Source: Fonticula alba ATCC 38817
Lineage: Eukaryota; Protista; Nucleariida
Length of the DNA: 22,466 nucleotides
Assembly (NCBI GenBank): GCA_000388065.2
Contig: KB932206.1
Direction: 5' to 3' (one strand)
The first letter of the stretch is position 1. Every line of letters starts with the position of its first letter. Shown in pieces: positions 8,101 to 18,271 of this stretch. A program made the position numbers and the translations under genes. The notes below the pieces were generated by a model, which was not told the DNA's origin, did not search any database, and was given only the letters and a program-made list of their open reading frames with translations.

Positions 8101-11100
8101 AGAGAGAGCAAAGTACAGGGAGGCAGGCAAACGGCGCGAGGCAAAGAAACCGCCAGGCAAACAAATGAACAAACAAGCAGGCCCCCGCCCCATGCCGATC
8201 CGGACCTTGGAGATGGGTGAGTAATTGCCCGAGCGGATCAGCTTCTGGAAGGCCACCCGCGAGGCGGCCGCCCAAATGTCCCGGCGGATGTATACCAGGC
8301 ACCTGCGGCCGGCCCCATTGTCCGTGATGTAGAAGGACTGCCGCAGTAGCGGCACCACGAAGAAGCCGAGCAGCCAGTGGGAAAATGCGCTCGCGGCGCC
8401 GAGAGCTCGCCGGCCCCCCTGGTCGGGGAAGGGCCCTGGCGGGGGGCGTTGTATTCCATTGGTGCCCATCGTCAGAAGTGTCCTCCAGGTGGCATTCGGC
8501 CAAAAGATGTCCCTTGTCTGGAGGGATGTCAGTCAGGAGGCGGCGGCGGCGGCGGGAGCGGCAAGCCAAAGGGGGAGTCTCCAAAAGAGGGCACGCCCCC
8601 CCCCCCCACCCTCAGGCCGCCACTTCCACGGGCAGCGGCGAGACACAGTGGCGGACCTTGAAGAGCGTCTGGAAGTCCACCTGCGTGAGGTGCTCATACC
8701 GGCGAAGGCGCACCAGCCGGATGACCACTGGGCCCGGGGATCCCAGGCAAGGGAGGGAGGCGGACAGATGCGCGCCCGTGGCACCCGGCAAAAGAGGGGA
8801 AAGGAGGAAAAAAAAAAGAAGAAGAAAGGACACCGTCAGTCACCGGTGGCCCCCATGGCCGCCACATGGTCACATCCCAGCAGAAGCAGAGGCCCCAAGG
8901 CAGCACGCACACATTCGCAGGGACAGCCAATTGCGAAAGCGCGGGTCGGCCGCCTGCTCGGGCGTGGGCGGGTTCGGCAAGCTCGGCACGCCGATCAGCT
9001 CCGGGGGCAGGGTCAAGGACAGGATGGTCAAGATGTAGCGAATGACACTGGTCGTCGGGGTGATGAACTGGGAAAAGGACTCCAGGGTCCGCTGGGCATT
9101 GCGCTCGCTGGCCGAGACGTTTGTCGCACGGGCGGTCCCGCGGAGCCTCGCCCGGGGAGAAAGAGCAGCGCTGCGCTTCTGTGTGCCATTTGCAGCGACA
9201 CGCTCGTGTGAGAAGCCGAGGGGCGGGCAAAGGGGCAGACAGAAGGAGAGGGAGAGGGAGAGAGAGAGAGACAGAGGGAGGGAGGGCCGGCGGGGCGCCA
9301 GCTGGAGGGAGGGAGGGAGGGGGGGGGGGAACAGCACGGGTGGCCACAGGGGGCGGCCGGCGAAGGCCCCGCCATGTCCGGCTTGAGGGGACGCACATCT
9401 CGCGGGCAATAGCGTGCGCGGATCCATTCCAGGGGGGGCCGACGGAAGCGATGCGGCCCGCGCATGGCCGGGAGGGCCAGCCGGCGAAAGGCGGCGCGGA
9501 ACTTCCGCAGCCCCAGCGCCAGGGCCTCCACCTGTGGGCCGGTGATGTGTGGGGGAAGTTGATTGAGGGCGGTTCGCGAGTGGCCTGCGCATGGGGGCGC
9601 CTGCCAGTCGGGCTGGAGGATGCTTCGGGCCAGCAGGCGCAAGTCCACATGCAGGCAAGTCAGCTCGTCTTCGCCAGCCGGGCCGGTGGGAAGACGCATG
9701 TGCGTGTGTGTGAGAGGGAGGGGCGAAGGGCGGGGGGAGGGGCAGACCCGCGAAGCAGGGCGCCGAGACACGGGCGGCGCAGCAAAAAACAACAAAAAAA
9801 CAAAAAAAAACCCGGCCCGGGGCACAGCCAGCGGCGCGAATTTGGCCGAAGAGCGGGGAGGAAAGGAGGAAGAGGCGGAGCAGGCGGGCCGCCGGGCGGT
9901 GGCCAGGGCGTACGGCAGAGGGGAAAAGCCCCGGAGTATTGGAACTTCTTCGGCAGCAGGGTGCCCTCCGGGGACGGGGCCCGCGAGGCAGGCCCGCGCC
10001 ATGTCCGGGGGAAGTGCCGCTCCAGGGGCGTGGAGTGGGGGAAGAGCAGCAACGGCCGCGCCTGGTAGCATGTCAAGTGGAAGGCCGCGCGATCGGTCAG
10101 GGCCGGGGCCGACGGGCCCGGGCGCGGGAGCGAGGTCTTCAGGTTGTAGAGCAAATCGGACGGGCCAATGACCAACGAGTGGGTGTCCCCCGAGGGGGAC
10201 GGGCTGACGGTGTACGACAGGCGGGGCTTCGACTTTGGCGCCGAGGGCCCGGCCGGAAGGAGGCTTTGCCGGGAGAAGGCCCGCCGGCGTTTGCGACGGC
10301 CCGCGCTGCTGGCCGCGGCTGGCTCCGCATCGGCCGGGGAGGCGGCCGATTCCGGGGCCGGGCGCGGGCGCCGCTGCCCCGGGGGAGCCTGGCTAAATCG
10401 GCGCCCGACACTGGCTCCCACATGGTGGCGACAGGGGGCGATGAGCACCTGCCGGGTGGGCCCATGCGGGACCTTGTGCTGGAAGCAGGTCCAACACACC
10501 ACATCTTTCAGGGCCACGCCTGGAAGGACAAGCGCCCGCCCCCCCCCGGTTGCCCTCGGGGAGGGGGGCCCATACGTCAGTTTGCGCGACAGAGGGCACC
10601 GGAAGCATGGCCGCCGGGGCGGGCCACACATGCACACACTGCGAGAGGCAACATACCGGACAGCTGGACATAGTGCACGGCCCGGGCCTCGGGCTCCATG
10701 GTGGGCAGCAAGTGTCGGGGATGGGTGGCAAGGTGCGCCGGGGTCGGGGTGGTCCCTGCCGAGGGGCACCGACCCCGGGAGCCCCGGTCCCCGGTGGCCT
10801 GGGGGTCCCACATGGGCGAGATAATGATGGGAGTGGCGAAGAGGAAGACCATGAACTGATCGCCAAAGCTGGGCGGGCCGCATGTCAGCATGGGGCCGAG
10901 GGGGAGGGCGCAGGCGGGACACGGTGATTGCACATACATTTGGGAGAGTCGCTTCCAATTGGACGAGTTCCGGATGTATTGGACGATGCGATTGTTGTCG
11001 GATGCCCCGGTGAAGAGGTTGAGTGTGCCCTGCGCCTGTTGTGCGGGGTAGGTGAGCCAGAGCTCGAAGCCGAGTACAGCCAAGCCCCTGGGGACGCACG

Positions 11101-11452
11101 TTCGGGTTGGTGGGAAAGAAAACATGCTGGGCCATGGGGCGGCGGCTGTGGCGCCTGTGAAAGGCACCCACCCGGAAGAAGATCTACCATCGGCCGGGGG
11201 CATGTTAGGCGGGGGGGGGGGGGCGCGGGGAGCGGCAAGGGCGAGGAGCCACTCGGCTGGTGGACGCGGCAATTGCGCGCACCTGGTTGAATGAGCCAGA
11301 CGCCTCGATCGGCGAGGTAAGGCTTCGGGAGAAGCGCTCAAAGGCGCTGGCAATGAAGCAGTCGTTCTCCGGCGGCGGGGCTCCAAGTGGAGGTGGCAGT
11401 GGGGGTTAGGGGGAGGAGGGAGTAGGCGCTGGCGGATGTCACATTTGCGGTG

Positions 11453-11493
<41 letters not shown>

Positions 11494-12002
11494 GCGTGGA
11501 GGGGTGTACCAAAGTCACTCAGCTGTGGCGGAGCGAAGACCAGCAGCGAGTCGAACAGGAAGAGCCCCAGGTGGAGATCCTCCTCGGCGAGGGGCGGCCC
11601 CGGCGGCGAGGGCACTTCGAGATCCGCATCAGCTGGCGTGGTGTAGCTGCGCTGGCGCTCGATGTCGCGCATGCATCGCAGCACCAGTGCCAGAGGCTCG
11701 GCATAGGAGGGATGGATGCCGCGCCGGGCCAGGGCCTGCAACCGGTCGGCCTCGGACAGGCCACCGCGCGCACACCAGCCAAACAGACAGAGAATGAAGT
11801 GTCCCAGGGAAATGGGCGCCATGGCCCGGGGGCCGCAATGCTCGATGCGCCACTGGCCGTTGGAGCACTGGCTAGACGCCCCATTCTGGACCATCAGCCG
11901 GTGCAGGCATTGGAATGCTCGTGAGCGGGCCCGGGCAAAGGCGGCGATCTGTGAGCTGGAGAGCCCGGCCGCTGGCAGGGCCCACCAGACATGGGTCAAC
12001 AT
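5130..12002 (-). CDS. TERT: Telomerase reverse transcriptase, main body. Approximate exons: 12002-11510, ~11380-11283, 11183-10938 (possibly split), 10868-10657, 10519-9914, 9668-9397, ~9178-8911, 8727-8657, 8517-8206, 8012-7878, 7683-7434, 7191-6716, 6509-6378, 6242-6053, 5909-5832, 5699-~5456, ~5280-5130
   Basis: Ordered TERT motifs across phase-compatible GT-AG junctions: TEN (SSNWKRLSQIFGDQFMVFLF; YVQLSG), CP (WIRARYCP), QFP (TSVIRYILTILSLTLPPELIG), T (HWLLGFFVVPLLRQSFYITD...YIRRDIW), motifs 1/2 (LRFLPKK; GLRPILNM), A (FDISAAYDSF), B' (YLQQRGISQGS), C (LLCYVDDVMFIT), D (YNLQISVSKS), E (FLWCGLSLD), CTE (NLFEMLYLGFYR). All three catalytic Asp residues are present. The start codon (12002 or 12111) and the 5' exons are uncertain. 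Confidence 0.95.
7305..7397. repeat. Compound (TG/TA/CG) alternating purine-pyrimidine tract in a TERT intron
   Basis: Largely RY-alternating sequence (tatgtatgtgtgtgtatg...gcgcatgcgcatgcgtgtgtg). Confidence 0.85.
11452..11492. repeat. (CGTG)n tetranucleotide microsatellite in a TERT intron
   Basis: About 10 tandem GCGT units, read directly. Confidence 0.9.
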
Positions 12003-12111
12003 CGAGTGCTGGCTTGGCAGAGGCCGCGCCACAGGCGAGCGGGGTGGGTGGCTGGCGAGCGACAAAAGGGGGTGACGTACGTGCCCGGCAGCTGGGTGTC
12101 GGTGGTGACAT

Positions 12112-13310
12112 ATGCTCGGCGGGCGAGCGCTCGGGCCCGAGCGTCACCACAGTCCGAGGGGGAAGGGAGAGGGAGGGGGGGGGGGAGGTGGGCCTGGGGG
12201 TCGAGAGAGAGAGAGAGAGAGGCGGAGAGAGAGGGGCGGTGGAGGAGAGGGCATGCCGAGGGGGGTGCCGCCGGGTCGCGGCCAGCGGGCCTTTCTTTTT
12301 CCGGCGTGCTGCCGCGTCGCGGCCCACGGCTCCTGGCTGGCGATCAGCCCCCCCCCCCCTCCGGCACACCGGCTCGCCCCTTGGCGGCAAGATCGCCGGC
12401 GGCCTGCATGCGGCCTGCCGCGGCTGGCCAGGCATCGCGTCACTCGGCGCCGGGATCCCGCCGCCATCTCCCAATCCTCCGGGCCGCGCCGGCCGATCGC
12501 CGGGGGTGCGCGGGCAGGGCCGACACCGTGGGCGTGGTCCCCGGGGGGGGCGGGGCGGGGGGCGGCCATTGCGCATGCCCACGGACCGCCCCCTCCAGAC
12601 AGCTTCCAAGCCGGCTCGGGGTCCCGGCCGATGCAGCTCGGGGTCCCGGCGGGGCGCCCCTGGCCATGGGCCGTCGCCGTTGTTCCGCCCCCCGCCCCCC
12701 GGGGGGGGGGGGGGGGGGGCAAGGCAGACGACCCGGCGCGCGTGAATGCCCGTGCAGACTTTTCGCTCGTGCTTACGCTCGCAGGAGGCGCCTCGCCCGG
12801 CCGGCCGCGCATCCCCCGCCCCCCGGCCCTGGCCGGCCCTTTTCGGCCGGCGCGCCCGGGGCCGGCTCCCGCGTGCGCGCGACAGGCCAGACCGACCCCT
12901 CCATCCTCCTCTCCCCCCCNNNNNNNNNNNNNNNNNNNNNNNNNNNNNNNNNNNNNNNNNNNNNNNNNNNNNNNNNNNNNNNNNNNNNNNNNNNNNNNNN
13001 NNNNNNNNNNNNNNNNNNNNNNNNNNNNNNNNNNNNNNNNNNNNNNNNNNNNNNNNNNNNNNNNNNNNNNNNNNNNNNNNNNNNNNNNNNNNNNNNNNNN
13101 NNNNNNNNNNNNNNNNNNNNNNNNNNNNNNNNNNNNNNNNNNNNNNNNNNNNNNNNNNNNNNNNNNNNNNNNNNNNNNNNNNNNNNNNNNNNNNNNNNNN
13201 NNNNNNNNNNNNNNNNNNNNNTGGCCTTTTGCGCGATGCCCAGCTACAGCCACGCCTCCCCTCCCCTCCTCCCTCTGCCGCCCTCTCCCCCCCCCGCCGC
13301 CTGAACGGAA
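12112..13310. promoter_or_regulatory. Divergent (head-to-head) intergenic region between TERT and FAD1; includes a gap
   Basis: Positional only: TERT starts leftward and FAD1 starts rightward. No specific elements identified. Confidence 0.35.
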
Positions 13311-14639
13311 ATGAACATGGCCGAGACGGCCAGGCCTGGCAATCCGGGCTCGTGGTCGCCCGACGCGCGGCGCCTGCTCGAGTCGTCGACCATCCGCGTG
13401 GTCCCGGCGGCCGGCTCGCCGACGGGCGGCCCGGCCCCCCATGGCCGGCCCCTCCCCCGGTGGCTGGGCTTCGGCGTGGCGCGGCAGGACCGGCCCACCC
13501 GGCCTGGGCCGCCTGGGCAGTCGCTGTCCGAGTGGCTGTGCGCCTTGACGGCCGAGCAGCAGCCCCTGGCCCGGCGCGTGCGCCAGTCGCTGGCCATCAT
13601 CGAGCATGCCATGGACCTGTATGACGGTCCCCTGCCGCTGGCCTGCCAGGCGCGGCTGTCCTCGCAGAATGGGCCCCCGCCGGGCGATGGCGCGGGCGAT
13701 GGCGACCCGGCCAGCTCGGTTCCCTCCTCGCCGTCCGGGCTGCTGGCGCACTCGGGCACCGGCGGGCCGGCGGGCGCCGGCGGGCAGCGCGGCTTCCTGG
13801 CCGGCGCCCGGCCGGTCCCCCGGCCCGGGGCCGAGCTTGCCTCCTGGGTGTTGGCCCGGCTGGCCAGCCCCTCATCGGTGGCGGTGTCCTTCAATGGTGG
13901 CAAGGATTGCACCGTCCTGCTGCACCTCTTTGCGGCGGTCTTCCTCCGGCGCTTGCAATTCCTGGTCTACTTGCTGGACAGCGGCGAGGCGGCCACGGCC
14001 TCCGCCGGGACTTGCCTCTGCCGGGCGGCCGGCGACCTCCCGCCGGATCCCTCACAAAGCAGCCTCTCGCTGGGGGCCACCTGCTCCCTGGTGGCCGGGC
14101 TGCCCTCCTGCTTCCAGTACCGCCTGACATCGGACATGCTGGGCTCCGGGGCGCTGGCTCGCGAGGTGGACCGGCTGCACGGCTGTGCCCTTGGCGCGAG
14201 CGGCCGTCCCGGCCCGGCGGCCGGCCGGCACAGCGGCACCGGCACCCCCGACGGCGCCGGTGCCGAGGATGGCCCCCCTGCTCATGGCAGTGGCCTGGCC
14301 TATCGCACGGCAGGCTTCTGCATCGCCGATGAGGAGCCGATCCCCCGGATCTCGGAATTCGTCGACCAGTCGATAGACGGCTACCATCTGGACTGGACGC
14401 TTCTCCGGTCGGACGCCTTCGGCTGCAGCATGAAGGCCGCCCTGGCGGGGCTCCTGGAGGCCAGCCCGCATCTGGGTGCCATTCTGATGGGCACCCGCAA
14501 GACCGATCCCCATGGCGGTATGTGACCTGTCGGTTTCCTTCTGCCTCCTTTCCGCTGTCTCTTCCTTCCGCTGCCTCCTCTGTGTTGTTTCCCCACGCCT
14601 GGCCCCCTTTTGCCAGAAGCTCGCTCCACGGGCGCACTT

Positions 14640-14709
<70 letters not shown>

Positions 14710-15254
14710 ATGCTCACGATGGGGGCACCACGCCCCGCCCGGTTGGATGCCCCTCTTCCCCCCCCACTCCGCCAGAGTATGTCTCGCCCCTGTCTCCGAC
14801 GGACCGGGATTGGCCGCAATTCATGCGGGTCAACCCGGTGCTCGAGTGGTCGCAGCCCGACGTGTGGAGCTTCCTCCGTGGCCTGGGCGTCCCCTACTGC
14901 TCGCTGTATGACCTGGGCTACACGTCGATCGGCTCGCATGCCAACACCTTCCCCAACCCCTGGCTGGCGGTCTTGCCGGACCTGCCTCTCGACGGTGTGG
15001 CCGGCTGGGACGACCCGAGCGCCGGCCGGGCCTTCCGCGTGGTTCGCGATCTGGCGGCCGTGTGCCGGTGTCGGCCCTCCTTCGAGGCCGAGCTCCGGGC
15101 CTTCCTCCCCGGGGCCCCGGCCGAGTGCATTGCCGCCGAGGAGTGCACTGCCTGCGGGAAGATCATTTGCCGAAGCTTCCTCCCGGCCTACTGCCTGCAG
15201 GACGACCTGAAGGAGCGCGACGGCCGGTATCGCAAGTCCCCCGCCGGCTGCTGA
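13311..15254 (+). CDS. FAD1: FAD synthase / FMN adenylyltransferase (PAPS-reductase fold, fungal Fad1-like). Exons 13311-14517 and 14776-15254
   Basis: Motifs [25 protein letters not shown]|[37 protein letters not shown] and ERDGR. Phase-1 intron 14518-14775 (gtatgt...ccgccag) contains a (CA)n repeat. Confidence 0.93.
14644..14707. repeat. (CA)n microsatellite in the FAD1 intron
   Basis: About 30 CA units, read directly. Confidence 0.95.
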
Positions 15255-15349
15255 TGCGCGCCGGCATGCTTCGACCGGGTGGCTGTCCGACACGCAGCGC
15301 ATGCGCGCAGCGCATGCACGCACGCCCACGCCCCCTCACAGGGGCATAC

Positions 15350-15385
<36 letters not shown>

Positions 15386-15474
15386 CTGCTCTATTGCTTT
15401 CTCGCCCTCGGTTTCTGGCATGCACGCACGGTGGGAGAATCCGTGCCCTGCCTGTGCCTCGCCCTTTTCCGGTG

Positions 15475-17614
15475 TCAAGGGTTGTCGCTGGGCCGCGATG
15501 GCCGGGCCATCCGCCCGGGCCCAGCCATGGTTGCATGGTCCGGGCCCAGGCCGGCCAGGCCGGCCAGCGCCGAGTAGAGCCCATTCGCCAAGGCTCCCTG
15601 CGAGTAGCCGCCCTCCAGGGCGAAGACCATCTTGCCGTCGGTGTGCGCTCGGGCCAGCTTTCACCACACATCCCCCCCCCCCCCCCCCGCCATTGGGCCC
15701 AGGCCGTCGTCCAGTCCGCGCAGGGGTGTGGGCATTTTCGGTCAGACGTCTCGCCGCGGTCGGTGGCCAGGCTTGCGCGCAGGGAACGACCGGCCAAGGC
15801 CATGGCAAATACACATAGATAGACCCCCCCCCCCTCCTCCCTTCCCCGGCGACATGGGGGAGGGTGGGCAAGAAAGAGGAAGAGGAGGCAGGGAAGGAGC
15901 GCGCCGGGGCAGACACACGGCCACGCACCAGGGCGAGATCGCGGCAGAAGAGGTAGTAAAATTCGGCCGGCAGGCGCCGGCCCTGCCGCTGAATGGACGG
16001 GTACTCCAGCTCGTGCGCATCGAACCCCGCACTGACGATGATCAGAGACCGGTCTGGCGGGCAGCCAGCGAGGAAGTGCGCCGCCTGCGTGAGCAGGGCC
16101 CGATACTGGCCGTCATAGTGGCCGAGGAATTCCCCGAAGTCGGCCCACGGCTGGAGGTGGACATTCCACAGGGCGTGGTCGTGATCCATGAGGCATATCG
16201 AGGCGCTGAAGATGGCCGCCGCGTCGTACAGCTCGCAGGGGTAGGACTTGATGTCGTGCAGCGAGCCGAAAAAGAGTCGAGGGGGTGCTGGATGGGCGAG
16301 CATGGTCAGCAGGCGAGCGGGCAGCGAGGCCTTGGCAGCCGACGGAGGAACAACGGGGGGGGGGGGGGGGGGCGGAGGCATGCCAAAGAGAGTGCCCAAG
16401 AACCTACCCTCCGGGTCGAGGGCGCGCTTCTGGTTGATGTCCACCACCAGGTCTTGCGTGCCATTGCCATGGTGCAGGTCGAAGTCGATGATGGCAATGT
16501 GCTCGATCTATGCGCGCGCCGAGGTGCCGGCAGAGCGAGCCAGGGGGAGACCGGTCAGGCAGGGCACAGGGCGAGCGGGGCGCATGGAAAGGGAGGCGGC
16601 GGGGAAAAAAAAAAAGGACCCCCTGCCGCCGGCCCCGGTGCGGCCGGCGACGAGCCGCGCACCCCGTGCCTGGTGAAGGCGTGGCGCGCGGCGGCCACGG
16701 CATTGTTGAAGAAGCAGAACCCCATCGGCGCGGCATGGGTGCAGTGATGGCCGGGCGGCCGGACCAGGGCGAAGGTGGCGGCCAGCTCGGCGGGCCCCTC
16801 GGGCCCCGGGGCCGGGGAGACATCCGCCGACCGGGCCAGCAGGTGTTGCCGGGCCGCGTCTCGGGCAGCCAGGGGCACGGGGCTCCGCCCGCGGGCAGCA
16901 GCCAGGTCCACCGCGTCGAGCAGCGTCCCGAGGGCCGCCCCCACGCCGGTCGGTGTGCCCGGGGAGAGGTACAGATCGCCGGAGGCCAGGGACCCCGGGC
17001 TCTCGGCAGAGACGGCCGCCTCGGCCAACAGGCGTTGGATGTACTCCGGCTGGTGAACCCCGGCCAGGTAGCTTGGAAGCTGGTCCAGGGAGATGGCCCG
17101 GCTCGATGGCCGGAGGCCGACAGACGCCCCGGCGTCGCGGGCCACACGCGGCATGCAGAGCAGAGCACGCCTGAGCCGAGGGAGGGGGAAGGGGGCGGGG
17201 GGAGAGTCAGTGACTGGGCGAAGGTCGGCGCCGGAAAGCCATGCCCGTCTGTCGGCCTGCCTGCCCGGCTGTGGCCCGCCCTCGGAGTATGGTCCCCTCT
17301 CCCGGCGTGTGGGCATGCCAATGGGGCTGAGTGCGCGCGCGCGCGCGCGTGTGCGTGCCGCATGCCCATGCGTCGACGAACCGGATGCGGTCGGGGATCT
17401 CCACGGCATACACCCCCGGGCCGGGGGCATGTGCGTTCCAGGCCGACTGGACGACCACCGTGCACCGGACCGGGGCATCGGCTTCCGCGGGCCCGGTCCG
17501 GCCGGCGACCCACTCGGCCAGCCGTGTCGGGCAGAAGGGCCGGCTCCAGTCAAAACGGCGTGCCGGTGCGGCGACGGCGCCAGAGGCCGCCAGCGCCGGG
17601 GCGGGCATGGCCAT
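15475..17614 (-). CDS. HOS3: Zn-dependent histone deacetylase, Hos3-like. Exons 17614-17382, 17170-16663, 16507-16408, 16287-15929, 15657-15475
   Basis: HDAC motifs E.PDR, GDLYLSPG, LVRPPGHH, MGFCFFNN, IIDFDLHHGNGTQD, VSAGFDA and LEGGYS. Hos3-type segments SLHDIKSYPCE and WNVHLQPW are also present. Junction phases are compatible and the catalytic HH, D-x-H, D and Y residues are intact. Confidence 0.9.
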
Positions 17615-18271
17615 GGCGCGTGCGTGTGCGTGTGCGTGTGCGCTCGGTGTGTGGGCGGGAAAGTGGGCGGTGGCGGAGGTGCAGCAGGAGAGGCGATGGA
17701 AGGGACCCGGGGGGGTGTGGGATGGCGTTGGGTGAGCTGTGCCCTGCTCCGTCGGCACACACGGGGCAGATCGCCTTCAGGCGTGAGCGTGTGTGTGTGT
17801 GTGTGTGTGTGTGCGCATGTGTGGGCAGCGCGAGCACACACACACACACGCTCAGGCACCCGCGCACACCGCACGAGGCCATGCCCCCGATCGTCCGTTG
17901 GCAAGAGCGCCGGAGACACACGCACAAAGGCGCACGGAGCCAGCTCCCCACTCGGCGGGTGGCTCTGCCCGGCGCGGCTCCGATCGCCTGGAGGGGGGGG
18001 GGGGGGGGTCGCCGCCATGACCCGCGGGATGGGCGAGGCCGCCTCGTCTTCCGGTTGTTCGTTCTTTTTTTTTTTTTTTTTTTTTCAGCAACCCGCTCTG
18101 CGGACGCTGCCGCCCCGCGCCGCCCCGACAGCCCGCTACCCCGCCCGCGATCTCCCCTCGTCCCCCTTGCCCCGCTCCAAGCCACGCCTTGTGGCCTCCC
18201 TCCCCCCGTTCTTCCCCCTCCCCCTCCCGCCCTCCCACATACACACACACACACACTCACGCTCGTCAACG
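17615..18271. promoter_or_regulatory. Divergent intergenic region between the Hos3-like and Maf-like genes
   Basis: About 650 bp between opposing start codons, rich in CA/TG tracts and with a poly-T run. Positional inference only. Confidence 0.35.

Noticed and set aside
11040-11103. LAVLGFEL as the TERT NVLAFGF motif, implying a frameshift
   Set aside because: The same bases form a canonical-looking 64-nt intron (gtgcgt...gctcac...acaacag) that restores frame without a frameshift. Two splice models remain and cannot be separated without RNA data, so no recoding is claimed.
11400-11415. TTAGGG near TERT as a telomeric or template remnant
   Set aside because: A single hexamer in an intron, expected by chance. 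No tandem telomeric array or TR-like element was seen.
5130-12002. RT as a retroelement (Penelope, LINE or group II intron)
   Set aside because: TEN, CP, QFP and T motifs, many spliceosomal introns, and the absence of an endonuclease or terminal repeats identify it as cellular TERT.
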